A stretch of DNA of 64,000 nt from a virus (Duplodnaviria > Caudoviricetes), in IMG/VR virus record IMGVR_UViG_3300021167_000382, positions 32,001 through 96,000 of that record; one strand, written 5' to 3'. Below the pieces are notes generated by a model. The model was not told the DNA's origin, searched no databases, and worked only from the letters and a program-made list of their open reading frames with translations. Both the position numbers and the translations under genes were made by a program. Shown here piece by piece: positions 47,646 through 56,609 of the stretch. Position 1 is the first letter of the stretch. Every line of letters begins with the position of its first letter.

Positions 47646-48860
47646 ATGACCACATTGAAAGAAGTCTTTGATGACTTAACCAAGGAAGTAACGTTTGACA
47701 AGGGACTGTTGAGTCGCCTCTATAAATACCATACGACTTTCTTGAATCAGAGTAGTGAATACCTGAGTTTCTTTGCAAGCAACTTGATCGGTGTTCACGT
47801 GGTTCGTTTTCGTGTAGTAGATATTCAGCGTTTCTATCATGATGTGTTAGGCTTGGATATGACACATGTTCGTCGTGAGGTTTTGAAAGTCACGACTATT
47901 AACCATAGTTACCACATTACATCCGACGACATGAACCTGATGTTGATGTATATCATTCATCGCATCAGCACCTCAATGAAACTATCAGAGTCAGATCGGA
48001 CCCGAGGCGTCTATGATGCCGCATTGATCTTCTTTTACCGTTGTCTAGTTATTCGTCAGTCAGATTACTTCCATTTCCCTGCAGATAAACATATCGCCCA
48101 AGCCGCATATGCTGAGCTGAGTAACAAGTTTCTGATTAAGCAACTTGGTAACTGGAAAGCAGTGATGGATTATCGTGCAAAAGATCTTATCAACCCTGAA
48201 GGACTTCATCTGAAGAACCTCATTGTTTTTGAAGATGATGACTTAGTCACTTATGCTATCAGTGACAGCGAGAACCGCATTCGTGAACTTTATAAGAGTT
48301 ACTGTAAAGTTTTCCATCAAGTCTATAGTTCAGGTGATCGGATCAGTAGCACTTCAGCAACTATCACAGATGTGGAAGGAGTTGAGAAGATACGAGAACG
48401 CGTTCGGGAAGTCGAACAGGCGATCGCTTTGATCCAGAACACTATCCACGACGCTAAGAGTTTCATTAAGCCGGAACTATTGAAGGTGATCATTGAGATC
48501 AATACAAACACCTCACAGCGTATGCTGATGCAGGTGCTCTCGTGGCTCTCAGAGAACTACATGGGTCGTCAGTGGCACGCGAAGATCGATGAGTTTGTTC
48601 GTCTTATCGTAATTCATAGTTACCACCTTGTTGCAGAGATGGGTGAGGCTGAAATAAACGATCTCCCTTCCGTCCTTGTCACGTTGAAGAATCTCTATCT
48701 CTCCACACGTAGCGCTGATCCTGAACTTCTGAAGATTCGAAAGCTAGGTGAACAGCTAGTGAAAGAATCTGCTGGTAAGGTGAATCCAAGCTTAGAAATG
48801 GCCACGCGTACTTCGGTGATTCTTTACATCACGTTACGCACCTTCATGACTGTCAAGTAG
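47646..48860 (+). CDS. Conserved Chimalliviridae protein (phiKZ gp32-like)
   Basis: 'FFASNLIGVHVVRF', 'LSNKFLIKQLGNW', 'TRTSVILYITLR' motifs. Confidence 0.7.
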   Translation: MTTLKEVFDDLTKEVTFDKGLLSRLYKYHTTFLNQSSEYLSFFASNLIGVHVVRFRVVDIQRFYHDVLGLDMTHVRREVLKVTTINHSYHITSDDMNLMLMYIIHRISTSMKLSESDRTRGVYDAALIFFYRCLVIRQSDYFHFPADKHIAQAAYAELSNKFLIKQLGNWKAVMDYRAKDLINPEGLHLKNLIVFEDDDLVTYAISDSENRIRELYKSYCKVFHQVYSSGDRISSTSATITDVEGVEKIRERVREVEQAIALIQNTIHDAKSFIKPELLKVIIEINTNTSQRMLMQVLSWLSENYMGRQWHAKIDEFVRLIVIHSYHLVAEMGEAEINDLPSVLVTLKNLYLSTRSADPELLKIRKLGEQLVKESAGKVNPSLEMATRTSVILYITLRTFMTVK

Positions 48861-48886
48861 TTTGATGTTTTAATTCCACGGATCTA

Positions 48887-49351
48887 ATGGTTATTTTATC
48901 AGTGAGGTCTGTTGTGAATTTCTGTCAATTCATTAAAGAGCTTCTTTTCCGGATCAAGCTGTACTACTTGGGTATTCGTTTCTATGAGGGTTCTTCTCAA
49001 GAGCAGTCGCCTGCTATCCATGAAACGACGCATAAATTCGAGGACATCAGTGTCCAGGTCAGTTTTAAACGGGTACCGTGTCGTGACTTGGTACTTAAAC
49101 GTGGGCAGTTGTCCACTGAAGACTATAACAGCTATGCTGTCTTAGCCACATTTGACATTTCTGAATTCGAGAAAACGACAGATGAGAAGATTCTGACTCA
49201 GATGAAGTTCTTGAACAATAAGGCTTTCTTTTTCAATGGTCACTATAACCGGCTCGGGATGAGTGAACGTCATAAATTGGAACTTATTACTGATGTCTAT
49301 ATGGACTTCATCTCAGAGATGATTCGGAATCAACACCACCAGCAAGCGTAA
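48887..49351 (+). CDS. Hypothetical protein
   Basis: 154-aa ORF, start uncertain. Confidence 0.55.
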   Translation: MVILSVRSVVNFCQFIKELLFRIKLYYLGIRFYEGSSQEQSPAIHETTHKFEDISVQVSFKRVPCRDLVLKRGQLSTEDYNSYAVLATFDISEFEKTTDEKILTQMKFLNNKAFFFNGHYNRLGMSERHKLELITDVYMDFISEMIRNQHHQQA

Positions 49352-49354
49352 TCT

Positions 49355-49384
49355 GACAGGTGAGGGCTAGTGCCCTCACCTGTC
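49355..49384 (+). terminator. Hairpin upstream of terminase
   Basis: gacaggtgagggc-tagt-gccctcacctgtc. Confidence 0.6.
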
Positions 49385-49446
49385 GTCCCTTAGTGTTTTT
49401 TATAAATAAGTTGAAATTCAGATGACTACAATAACGGAGAAGAATC

Positions 49447-51714
49447 TTGACCATTCTCTTTGCTGAAGATTTTGAAAAGAAACACCCGTCGGCAATCGTG
49501 GACTATAAGACAAAAAATGAAGACTTTGTTCGCCTAGCTGCCCTCTATAACAAGATGGGTGTTCCGCATGCGGGTCGAATGATTCTATCGTTGCATGACA
49601 GAGATTTGCAAGGTATCGATCCTTTCAATCCGCCGGATGCTGAAACCGCCCTTCGGATCAGCTTGGAATGTAAGGATAACTTTTGGTATTTTATTCGAGA
49701 GATTGCTCGAGACCCTGCAGGCAGTGACGACTTTCCTATTCTATTCAAACCGAATCGTGGTGTGATTTCAGCCTACTGGTTGTATTTCAACCATATTGTT
49801 TTCTTCCTGATCATGATTCGACAAACCGGTAAATCCTTCGGTATTGACTGGCTCTATATCTGGTTGATGAATATCGGTACAACAAAGTATGAAATCGCAC
49901 AGCTCACGAAGGATGAAAAACTTCGTTCTCGTGAACTAGAACGTCTGAAGGCAATGGAACTCACGATGCCTTCCTACTTGAAGATGCGACATGACCGAGA
50001 TCCAGGTAATACGGAAACGATGCGAGTGTCTCGTCTTGAAAACTACTTTAAGTCCTATTTGCCTAATAAATCCCCAAAGATCGCTGACATGGTCGGTCGA
50101 GGGATGACTGCTTCAACGGCAGGTGTGGACGAACTTGCTTATATCTTTAACAACCATATCACTGTGCCCGTGATGCTATCTGCAACGCTCGCGGCACGTG
50201 AGGTATCTCGTATGAAGGGTGAGCCTTACGGGACCATCTTTACGACAACCTCTGGCAAACGTGATACGCCTGAAGGCAGATACGCTTATCGACTCGTCCA
50301 TGAATCAGCCGTTTGGTCTGAGCAGTTTATGAATGCAAGGAATCTCCAAGAACTTGAGAAGATCATTCTGAATGCTTGTCCAGGTGATGCACGCGGTGAG
50401 AAACGACTCCATGTCAACTGTACCTTCAACCATCGACAACTCGGTAAGACTGATGAATGGCTTAATTCACGCTTGAAGGAATCCATTCAAGAAGATCCGA
50501 CACAGATGCAGGCCGACTACTTCAACATGTGGCCGTCCGGTACAACCGCTTCTCCTTTTACTCGTGAAATCGCTGAACTGATTCGTCAAAGTGTTGTGGA
50601 AGATCACTATACACAAATCGACGGTGCTGATATGTATGCGCTTCGTTGGTATTATCCTGAGTCTGATATCGACGGTCTTATGGAACGCTACGATCACATC
50701 CTTTGTATTGACTCCTCTGACGCTATCGGTCGAGATGCGTTAGGCGTTAATCTAATCAACATCACCACTGGGGAAGAAGCCATGGCTGCTACTGTCCCTA
50801 AAACAAACCTGATTACTTTTGCTAAATGGGTTTGTGATTTCCTGGAACGGCATCTTAAGGTAGTCTTGATCGCTGAACGTCGTGGTAGTGGGCAGACGAT
50901 CACGGATTATCTCTTACTCTATCTTCCAGCCAAAGGTATCGATCCCTTTAAGAGAATTTACAACACCATCGTTCAGGAAGCGGATGAATATCCTGACCGG
51001 TTCAAAGAAATCCAGAACCCCTATGCAGCGGGTGAAGATATCTACACGAAGTACAAGAAGTGTTTTGGTTGGGCAACCTCCGGCGGCGGGACGACCTCAC
51101 GAGGTGACCTCTATAGCAAGACACTTTCCATAGCCACACGAATGGGTGGTAGTGTGATTCGAGACAGCATACTTGTACTCCAGTTACTAGGACTAACTAT
51201 TCGAAATGGCCGGATCGATCACCAGGAAGGTGAGCATGACGATATGGTTGTTTCATGGCTGCTAGGATGGTGGCTAATGACCAATGGTCGTAATCTTCAC
51301 TACTATGGACTGAATCCTCAGAGCATTCTTTCTAATAACGCCACAGTACTTCAAGAACGTAAAACCAAGACCACTTATGATCTCTATCATCAGAAAGTAG
51401 CAATGGATGCGGTTAAGCGACTTAAGGAACTGTTGGAATCTGAAACTGATCCATATGTAATTCGACGGTATGAATCAGATCTTGAACGTGCTGTATCTTT
51501 ACTCACTGTTGAAGATCGACAGATCATCGCTGCCGACGATCTATTACAACAACTCCGTGAAAAACGAAATGAAGCTTTCCGTCCCTCTATGGGCAGCGAG
51601 GCTTCTAACTACTTACAGCAGGCATTATCGAATTATCCTAACATGTATAATGCTGGAAGCTATGGTGGCGGTAACTATGGTTCTGCTGTTTTCTCGAGTG
51701 ATATGTATTTATAA
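49447..51714 (+). CDS. terL: Terminase large subunit (phiKZ gp25-like)
   Basis: 'NFWYFIRE', Walker A 'IRQTGKS', Walker B 'GVDELAY', 'TTTSG', nuclease 'IDSSDAIGRD' and 'HDDMVVSW'. Confidence 0.92.
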   Translation: MTILFAEDFEKKHPSAIVDYKTKNEDFVRLAALYNKMGVPHAGRMILSLHDRDLQGIDPFNPPDAETALRISLECKDNFWYFIREIARDPAGSDDFPILFKPNRGVISAYWLYFNHIVFFLIMIRQTGKSFGIDWLYIWLMNIGTTKYEIAQLTKDEKLRSRELERLKAMELTMPSYLKMRHDRDPGNTETMRVSRLENYFKSYLPNKSPKIADMVGRGMTASTAGVDELAYIFNNHITVPVMLSATLAAREVSRMKGEPYGTIFTTTSGKRDTPEGRYAYRLVHESAVWSEQFMNARNLQELEKIILNACPGDARGEKRLHVNCTFNHRQLGKTDEWLNSRLKESIQEDPTQMQADYFNMWPSGTTASPFTREIAELIRQSVVEDHYTQIDGADMYALRWYYPESDIDGLMERYDHILCIDSSDAIGRDALGVNLINITTGEEAMAATVPKTNLITFAKWVCDFLERHLKVVLIAERRGSGQTITDYLLLYLPAKGIDPFKRIYNTIVQEADEYPDRFKEIQNPYAAGEDIYTKYKKCFGWATSGGGTTSRGDLYSKTLSIATRMGGSVIRDSILVLQLLGLTIRNGRIDHQEGEHDDMVVSWLLGWWLMTNGRNLHYYGLNPQSILSNNATVLQERKTKTTYDLYHQKVAMDAVKRLKELLESETDPYVIRRYESDLERAVSLLTVEDRQIIAADDLLQQLREKRNEAFRPSMGSEASNYLQQALSNYPNMYNAGSYGGGNYGSAVFSSDMYL

Positions 51715-51737
51715 TTTTTATACAAGTCACTTATAAT

Positions 51738-51954
51738 GTGGTTGTGAGACCAGGAACTCGGTGTGATAATGTATCATATCGGGCTTGCGAGCCATTTGAC
51801 CATGCCCGCTGCGCTGCAAGCGTAAGTCCACAAGACTGAAATCTTGCAATATGTGAAACGTCTTTGGGTGGGGATTGATCACACGGCCTATCCAGGCCAT
51901 AGCGGGTACAGTGTCGCGCTGCATGAATGGGGAGGGCTTCGGCCCTCCCTTTTT
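51738..51954 (+). ncRNA. Candidate structured non-coding RNA
   Basis: GC-richer island with several stems, TATAAT just upstream, ends in a UUCG terminator with U-tract; no credible ORF. Confidence 0.45.
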
Positions 51955-51982
51955 CCGTCTAACTGAAAAAAGAAAAGAAGAA

Positions 51983-52017
51983 CACCAGAGAGCACGGCTG
52001 ATGCCGTGCTCTCTGGT
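51983..52017 (-). terminator. Terminator of the minus-strand cassette
   Basis: accagagagcacggc-tgat-gccgtgctctctggt with an A-rich run on its left. Confidence 0.7.
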
Positions 52018-52022
52018 AGCTA

Positions 52023-52442
52023 TTACTTCAGCAGTTCTTTCAGCTTGGTAAAGCGTTCGTTGTCCCTGCGATTGATTTCATCTCTCACAGTCACACCGGC
52101 TTTATTTGCCATCTTCAGAATATGGTTCGACCACTTAGGAGAATAGCCGAGATCATTCCCGGTGCGGATAGCGATATGCGCTACCGTATCCCCGTTATCA
52201 TCGACATACTCCCAAGCATTGAAGTCATCAGACAGATGGCCAGTTGCTGCCGCAGCATGAGCGACTGTCCAGTTCGTCTCATCACAGATACCCCAGAACT
52301 CAAAACCATTTTTAGGTTTGTAGTGTTGAACATAGTAATGAGCGATGGTCCAACCACATTCATCCGTTAAGAGCATCTCCCGAACATTCGGTACCCGTTG
52401 TTTGAGAGAGTGAAGCACATGTTCATAAGACATTGAAACCAC
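52023..52442 (-). CDS. Ankyrin-like repeat protein
   Basis: Repeats DECGWTIAHYY / DETNWTVAHAAA / DDNGDTVAHIAI / NKAGVTV. Confidence 0.7.
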   Translation of the reverse strand: MVSMSYEHVLHSLKQRVPNVREMLLTDECGWTIAHYYVQHYKPKNGFEFWGICDETNWTVAHAAAATGHLSDDFNAWEYVDDNGDTVAHIAIRTGNDLGYSPKWSNHILKMANKAGVTVRDEINRRDNERFTKLKELLK

Positions 52443-52480
52443 CTCCTAAAATAAAGAGGCAGGATCGCTGCCTCTAGAAG

Positions 52481-53305
52481 TTATTCGCAATACAGGAAAA
52501 GAACACCTTCGTCATGACGTTCAAAGACTGCCTTGTCGAAGCGACGATTGCCATAGATGATCTGGCCATAGACACCCATAGACTGATGGATGAAGTTCTT
52601 GCCAGTAGACATCGAACGACGGATGATGCTGTATGCCACATTGTCAAGCGTGGCAAACTGGATGAAGCTGACCAAACCGTTATCAGCCACCGGGTAGCTA
52701 ATGTGACGGATTTTGTTGGCAAGGCCCTTGTTGATCAGACGTTGTTTAGCGTAGAATGCATCGACTTCCGCTTCACCTGCTTCAACAGACATGTTGATAA
52801 TGTCATCCGAGGCATCGCTACCTGCGGCATGGGCTTTGTGGCACATGTCCAGAACTTGGTAGTAGCGAACCAATCGACCAACTTCCCCATCATTCTGGTA
52901 GAACTTCTGGGCAGAGATATTCCACTTGGCCAATAGCGGTGATTTCTCAATCGATCCACCATTCCGTTTCACTACCATGTCACTGAGCTTCGACATCAAG
53001 TCAGGCCGCTCGATAAAGACCGAGTGATCCATCGCCGATTGAAGTTGTTCCGGGTGAACTGATTTCCGGTAGTAGTTCGTCAACGATTCACGATTACCAA
53101 CCCCTAGCCAAAGATAACTCTCAGCCGGTAGAATCGGATCACGGATATCAATCAGGGTAATATTGCTGAAAGGTGTGCTGGCCTTGTAAAGATTGGCCGC
53201 CACGACAGATTCATGATCCAGCAGATTAAACACGACGACCTGGTGTTGCGTTTCCAGCAATTCAACATCTTGCCCATTGTCTTTTTTCTTGAAGAAACTA
53301 AACAT
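52481..53305 (-). CDS. Hypothetical protein
   Basis: 274 aa, GAGGTG SD. Confidence 0.7.
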   Translation of the reverse strand: MFSFFKKKDNGQDVELLETQHQVVVFNLLDHESVVAANLYKASTPFSNITLIDIRDPILPAESYLWLGVGNRESLTNYYRKSVHPEQLQSAMDHSVFIERPDLMSKLSDMVVKRNGGSIEKSPLLAKWNISAQKFYQNDGEVGRLVRYYQVLDMCHKAHAAGSDASDDIINMSVEAGEAEVDAFYAKQRLINKGLANKIRHISYPVADNGLVSFIQFATLDNVAYSIIRRSMSTGKNFIHQSMGVYGQIIYGNRRFDKAVFERHDEGVLFLYCE

Positions 53306-53316
53306 ATCACACCTCT

Positions 53317-53727
53317 TTAGAATTTTATTGGAATACCATTCATTTCATAGAAAACCTTAAGGTCCCTGTGAAACCGTTTAAAAGTCTTGTCCTTGAACAG
53401 GTCAATACTAGCGTAGTCAGATGTACAGCGGGTGAAGCTTTTCGAAGTGACAAACTTTGAAATCCAGATCATGTTACCGTAGGCATCATGAATCAATTCA
53501 CCGATCTTAGCGCTGATTGATGGCACATAGTAGGTGAGGTGCACTTCGAGAACTGGCCTAGATGAAGCACTGTTCTCGGCAGGCTGGATACTCTGATGAA
53601 ATTTACGACACCCGTGGATGATCCTGCCCCAGTATTCCTGGTCATTGATCTTATCGTTAGGCACCGTGAATCGATAGATCGGCCGACCTTCACGATCGAT
53701 ACCGTCATAGGTGTAGAGATGGTTCAT
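53317..53727 (-). CDS. Hypothetical protein
   Basis: 136 aa, ATGA overlap with the upstream gene. Confidence 0.65.
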   Translation of the reverse strand: MNHLYTYDGIDREGRPIYRFTVPNDKINDQEYWGRIIHGCRKFHQSIQPAENSASSRPVLEVHLTYYVPSISAKIGELIHDAYGNMIWISKFVTSKSFTRCTSDYASIDLFKDKTFKRFHRDLKVFYEMNGIPIKF

Positions 53728-54020
53728 GGAGATTTCGCCAAGACGTAGTCCGTCCCTTCAATCAAAGAAGTCACCTCTACCATCGCTACCGCAACAGGGG
53801 AGTTGACGTTCATTGCTAGAAGCAACATTGAATCGACGGGCTTGATGGTGACGGGGGTACCCATGCTTCGACTGCAAAGATTGATGAAGGTACCGACTTG
53901 TTTTTCCACATCACTCATCACCGATGTTAGAGAGTGACCAAGCATGGAGAAATGTGGAAGTGCTGGAATCATGGCCTTTAAGAGACCACGTTCCTGCTGA
54001 AGAAGTACTGTGAGGCGCAT
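53724..54020 (-). CDS. Small protein, weak HicB N-terminal-like pattern
   Basis: 'LTVLLQQERGLLKAMIPALPHFSMLGHSL..V' resembles the HicB 'a.vPdLpgc.t.G.t.eea' pattern. Confidence 0.45.
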   Translation of the reverse strand: MRLTVLLQQERGLLKAMIPALPHFSMLGHSLTSVMSDVEKQVGTFINLCSRSMGTPVTIKPVDSMLLLAMNVNSPVAVAMVEVTSLIEGTDYVLAKSP

Positions 54021-54036
54021 TTACAACCTTTCTATT

Positions 54037-54393
54037 TCAGAGCATCGCCTGACATTCTTGCGACAACTGCATAGTCGCTTTCTGAACGATATGGCGGTTG
54101 AGGCTACCAAGATACATAAGGGCCGTGTTCTTATCCGGCGTAATGAAGTGACCATTGTGCAAATTCCTATTCAATGTATCCTTCAGAACAATACTTATCG
54201 GCAGTGACAGGTTCGTCAGTGTGCAATGGTACTCTTCACGACCCATGTAGTATTTCACATAGACCGAACGCAGATCACCATCATCCGGATCGGCAAAGAC
54301 AGAGTAGAGGATGGCCAAAGTAATGCCAAACATATTCTCAATGACACTGGCTGTGGCGTAGATCTCAACAGCATCGATTTTATTAACATCCAT
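54037..54393 (-). CDS. Hypothetical protein
   Basis: 118 aa, AGGAGAT SD. Confidence 0.65.
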   Translation of the reverse strand: MDVNKIDAVEIYATASVIENMFGITLAILYSVFADPDDGDLRSVYVKYYMGREEYHCTLTNLSLPISIVLKDTLNRNLHNGHFITPDKNTALMYLGSLNRHIVQKATMQLSQECQAML

Positions 54394-54446
54394 TTTTATA
54401 TCTCCTGAAATTCTGATTAAGGGAGAGTACTTCTATCACTGAAGTA

Positions 54447-54821
54447 CTAAGTCGGCCAAGGAATGTTACGGATGGCACACTGGGAAGCTGCGGTGGTAAA
54501 AATGAAGACCAGGATAGCCTTGACGTATTCCGGTGAGAATGCGCTACCAGCAACCCCACCCAACCCAATGGTTTCCAGATACAGCAGGGTTGAGAAGATC
54601 TCGCTATAGCTCAAGTCATCCAACGAAACGTATTCACTCGCACCATCGACCTTCAACTGGATGTCGTTATCGATGAAGCGAACCGATCTTCCAGGGATGG
54701 TACCTTGGAATGCTGGTAGTATGAGTACCGTGTTATTATCACGGAACTCTTTAAAAACCAAGACTTCTAGGCCAGAGCTCGTATCCATCAGCGCTTCCAA
54801 ACAAGCCTTCAATATTTTCAT
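54447..54821 (-). CDS. Hypothetical early protein
   Basis: 124 aa, AGGAGATT SD, first gene after the promoter motif. Confidence 0.65.
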   Translation of the reverse strand: MKILKACLEALMDTSSGLEVLVFKEFRDNNTVLILPAFQGTIPGRSVRFIDNDIQLKVDGASEYVSLDDLSYSEIFSTLLYLETIGLGGVAGSAFSPEYVKAILVFIFTTAASQCAIRNIPWPT

Positions 54822-54873
54822 AATAAATCTCCTGAAATAAATAAGGATACAAAGGTATCCAAGCTCAGGTTAG

Positions 54874-54887
54874 ATATACATGAGTGA
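54874..54887 (-). promoter_or_regulatory. Putative early promoter motif
   Basis: Identical to the 14-mers at 1209 and 38370. Confidence 0.65.
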
Positions 54888-54906
54888 AAACTTTTATAGA
54901 CTGAAT

Positions 54907-54938
54907 ACACGAGAGGAGGCAACCGCCTCCTCTCGTGT
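54907..54938 (-). terminator. Hairpin, GGAGGCAACYGCCTCC family
   Basis: acacgagaggaggc-aacc-gcctcctctcgtgt. Confidence 0.7.
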
Positions 54939-54944
54939 CAGTGC

Positions 54945-56609
54945 TTAGAAGCGTTTCAGAATTGCAGCAGCGAAAGCCAATTGCAAATCAGCCGTTGGTG
55001 TACGGCGGATGAAGCGAATGAATGCAGTCTGACCACTGACCGTTGCTTGACCAAGGTCAAGGTTCTGGTCCCAACTCGAGATCGGGAAGGTCGTTTCAAA
55101 ACCAGCATAGCTCACCACAAAGTGTGTGGGGAGTGGTGCCATGTTTTCATTGAGTCGATTAACCAAGGGTTGGGTTTTCCAATAGACATTATCCAACCAG
55201 TCCGTCAATGACGTCGAGTCACCTTTAAGGTTAACACTGTGGTCATCATTCACAAAACCATAGACACCGTACCCGTACTGCGGGACAGTATCCGACGACT
55301 CACTGAGAACTGTCCAAGAAGGCAGTGTGTCTGCGCTAGGTGGCTGTTTCAGAACAATGTCGACAAGTTGTGTATGGATGAATGGAATAAACGATCCAGA
55401 GACATCACGAAGATTAACACTCACCGCCTTACGCTGCAGATAGCCGTAAAGTTTTGGATTGAATTCACCCGTGTTTTCCGCAAAGCGAACGACACTCGTC
55501 GCATCAAAGTAGACATTACGTTCCATGTTCAGCAAGAACCAACGCATGGTGTAGCCGATCGCATCACCTTGCCATTCTGGATAACCGAACAGCTTGACTT
55601 CGATGGAGTTATTCGGATTCGTCGTTACCAAGGTAAACGGCTTAGTGATCTTGTTCAAGTTCACACCCGTGGAAGCATAAGCTTGCTCGTTAGCGCCCAG
55701 GAGGTAACGAAGACTCAAAGGAACCTTCTGACCTGGAATTGACGAGACATGCGAGGTTAGGCCGTCCATGGTAAACTTATTACCATCAACCGCATACCGT
55801 GCAGTCGTACCATCTGAATAATGGACAACCCCCATCATGTTCAGGGAATCCATCGGAAGGTTCAGCGGGTATTCGATGACGTCTGTCGATTGGTTAGACA
55901 GCCAAGCACATTCCAGGCTGATCTCCGTGATGTATTTGATACCAACGTGAGCATCTGCAATGGTGTCGGTATTCTCGATCAACATCTGACGTTTATAGAC
56001 CACATGGCCGTCATCCGCATAGATCACGATCGTTACCAGTTCACCATTCGGATAGGCTTCCGTGCAGTTACAGCGACGAATCGCTTTCAGTGCATGGTTG
56101 ATATGACTATCCAGCGTGATCAATTCCAGAGGCACTGAGGTGGAAATGAAGTTACCAGAGTTGTCATAAACCTTCGAGATGGGATGCCCTGATTCTTCAG
56201 TTGTATCGGTTCCAAGGAAAATCTTGGCATAAGACGACATCGATCCTTTGATACCATTCCCAGTATCAACCGAGAGCGTATGCGGAAAGACTGCCGTATT
56301 TAGATAAACACGGTAGACGTCTGATGGTGCACCAGGTCCCATACCCAACAGTCGGTCATTATCGGACAATACGCCCACATTTCCAAACGTAATCATTCGA
56401 AGGGTAGGGACGAGTGAAACTGGATCAAGGTGATCCACGATCCACGTATCACCCGAGTCAGGGTCGATGACCCAGTCCTTAACTTTAGGTACATAACGGT
56501 TCTCACCGACGCCGCCGTCCCAGATTTGCGCTAGTGACCAGATACGCCAGAGAGGTTCGTTGTCCTCGATAGGGTACCGGCCATCAGTTCCGATGATATT
56601 ATCGGCCAT
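54945..56609 (-). CDS. Virion tail/baseplate structural protein (phiKZ gp26-like)
   Basis: 554 aa; 'RYVPKVKDWVID' and 'GVVHYSDG' motifs; synteny with the sheath block. Confidence 0.7.
   Translation of the reverse strand: MADNIIGTDGRYPIEDNEPLWRIWSLAQIWDGGVGENRYVPKVKDWVIDPDSGDTWIVDHLDPVSLVPTLRMITFGNVGVLSDNDRLLGMGPGAPSDVYRVYLNTAVFPHTLSVDTGNGIKGSMSSYAKIFLGTDTTEESGHPISKVYDNSGNFISTSVPLELITLDSHINHALKAIRRCNCTEAYPNGELVTIVIYADDGHVVYKRQMLIENTDTIADAHVGIKYITEISLECAWLSNQSTDVIEYPLNLPMDSLNMMGVVHYSDGTTARYAVDGNKFTMDGLTSHVSSIPGQKVPLSLRYLLGANEQAYASTGVNLNKITKPFTLVTTNPNNSIEVKLFGYPEWQGDAIGYTMRWFLLNMERNVYFDATSVVRFAENTGEFNPKLYGYLQRKAVSVNLRDVSGSFIPFIHTQLVDIVLKQPPSADTLPSWTVLSESSDTVPQYGYGVYGFVNDDHSVNLKGDSTSLTDWLDNVYWKTQPLVNRLNENMAPLPTHFVVSYAGFETTFPISSWDQNLDLGQATVSGQTAFIRFIRRTPTADLQLAFAAAILKRF

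Noticed and set aside
51727-51924. 65-aa minus-strand ORF after terminase
   Set aside because: No SD, lies beyond the minus-strand terminator; better explained as structured RNA on the + strand
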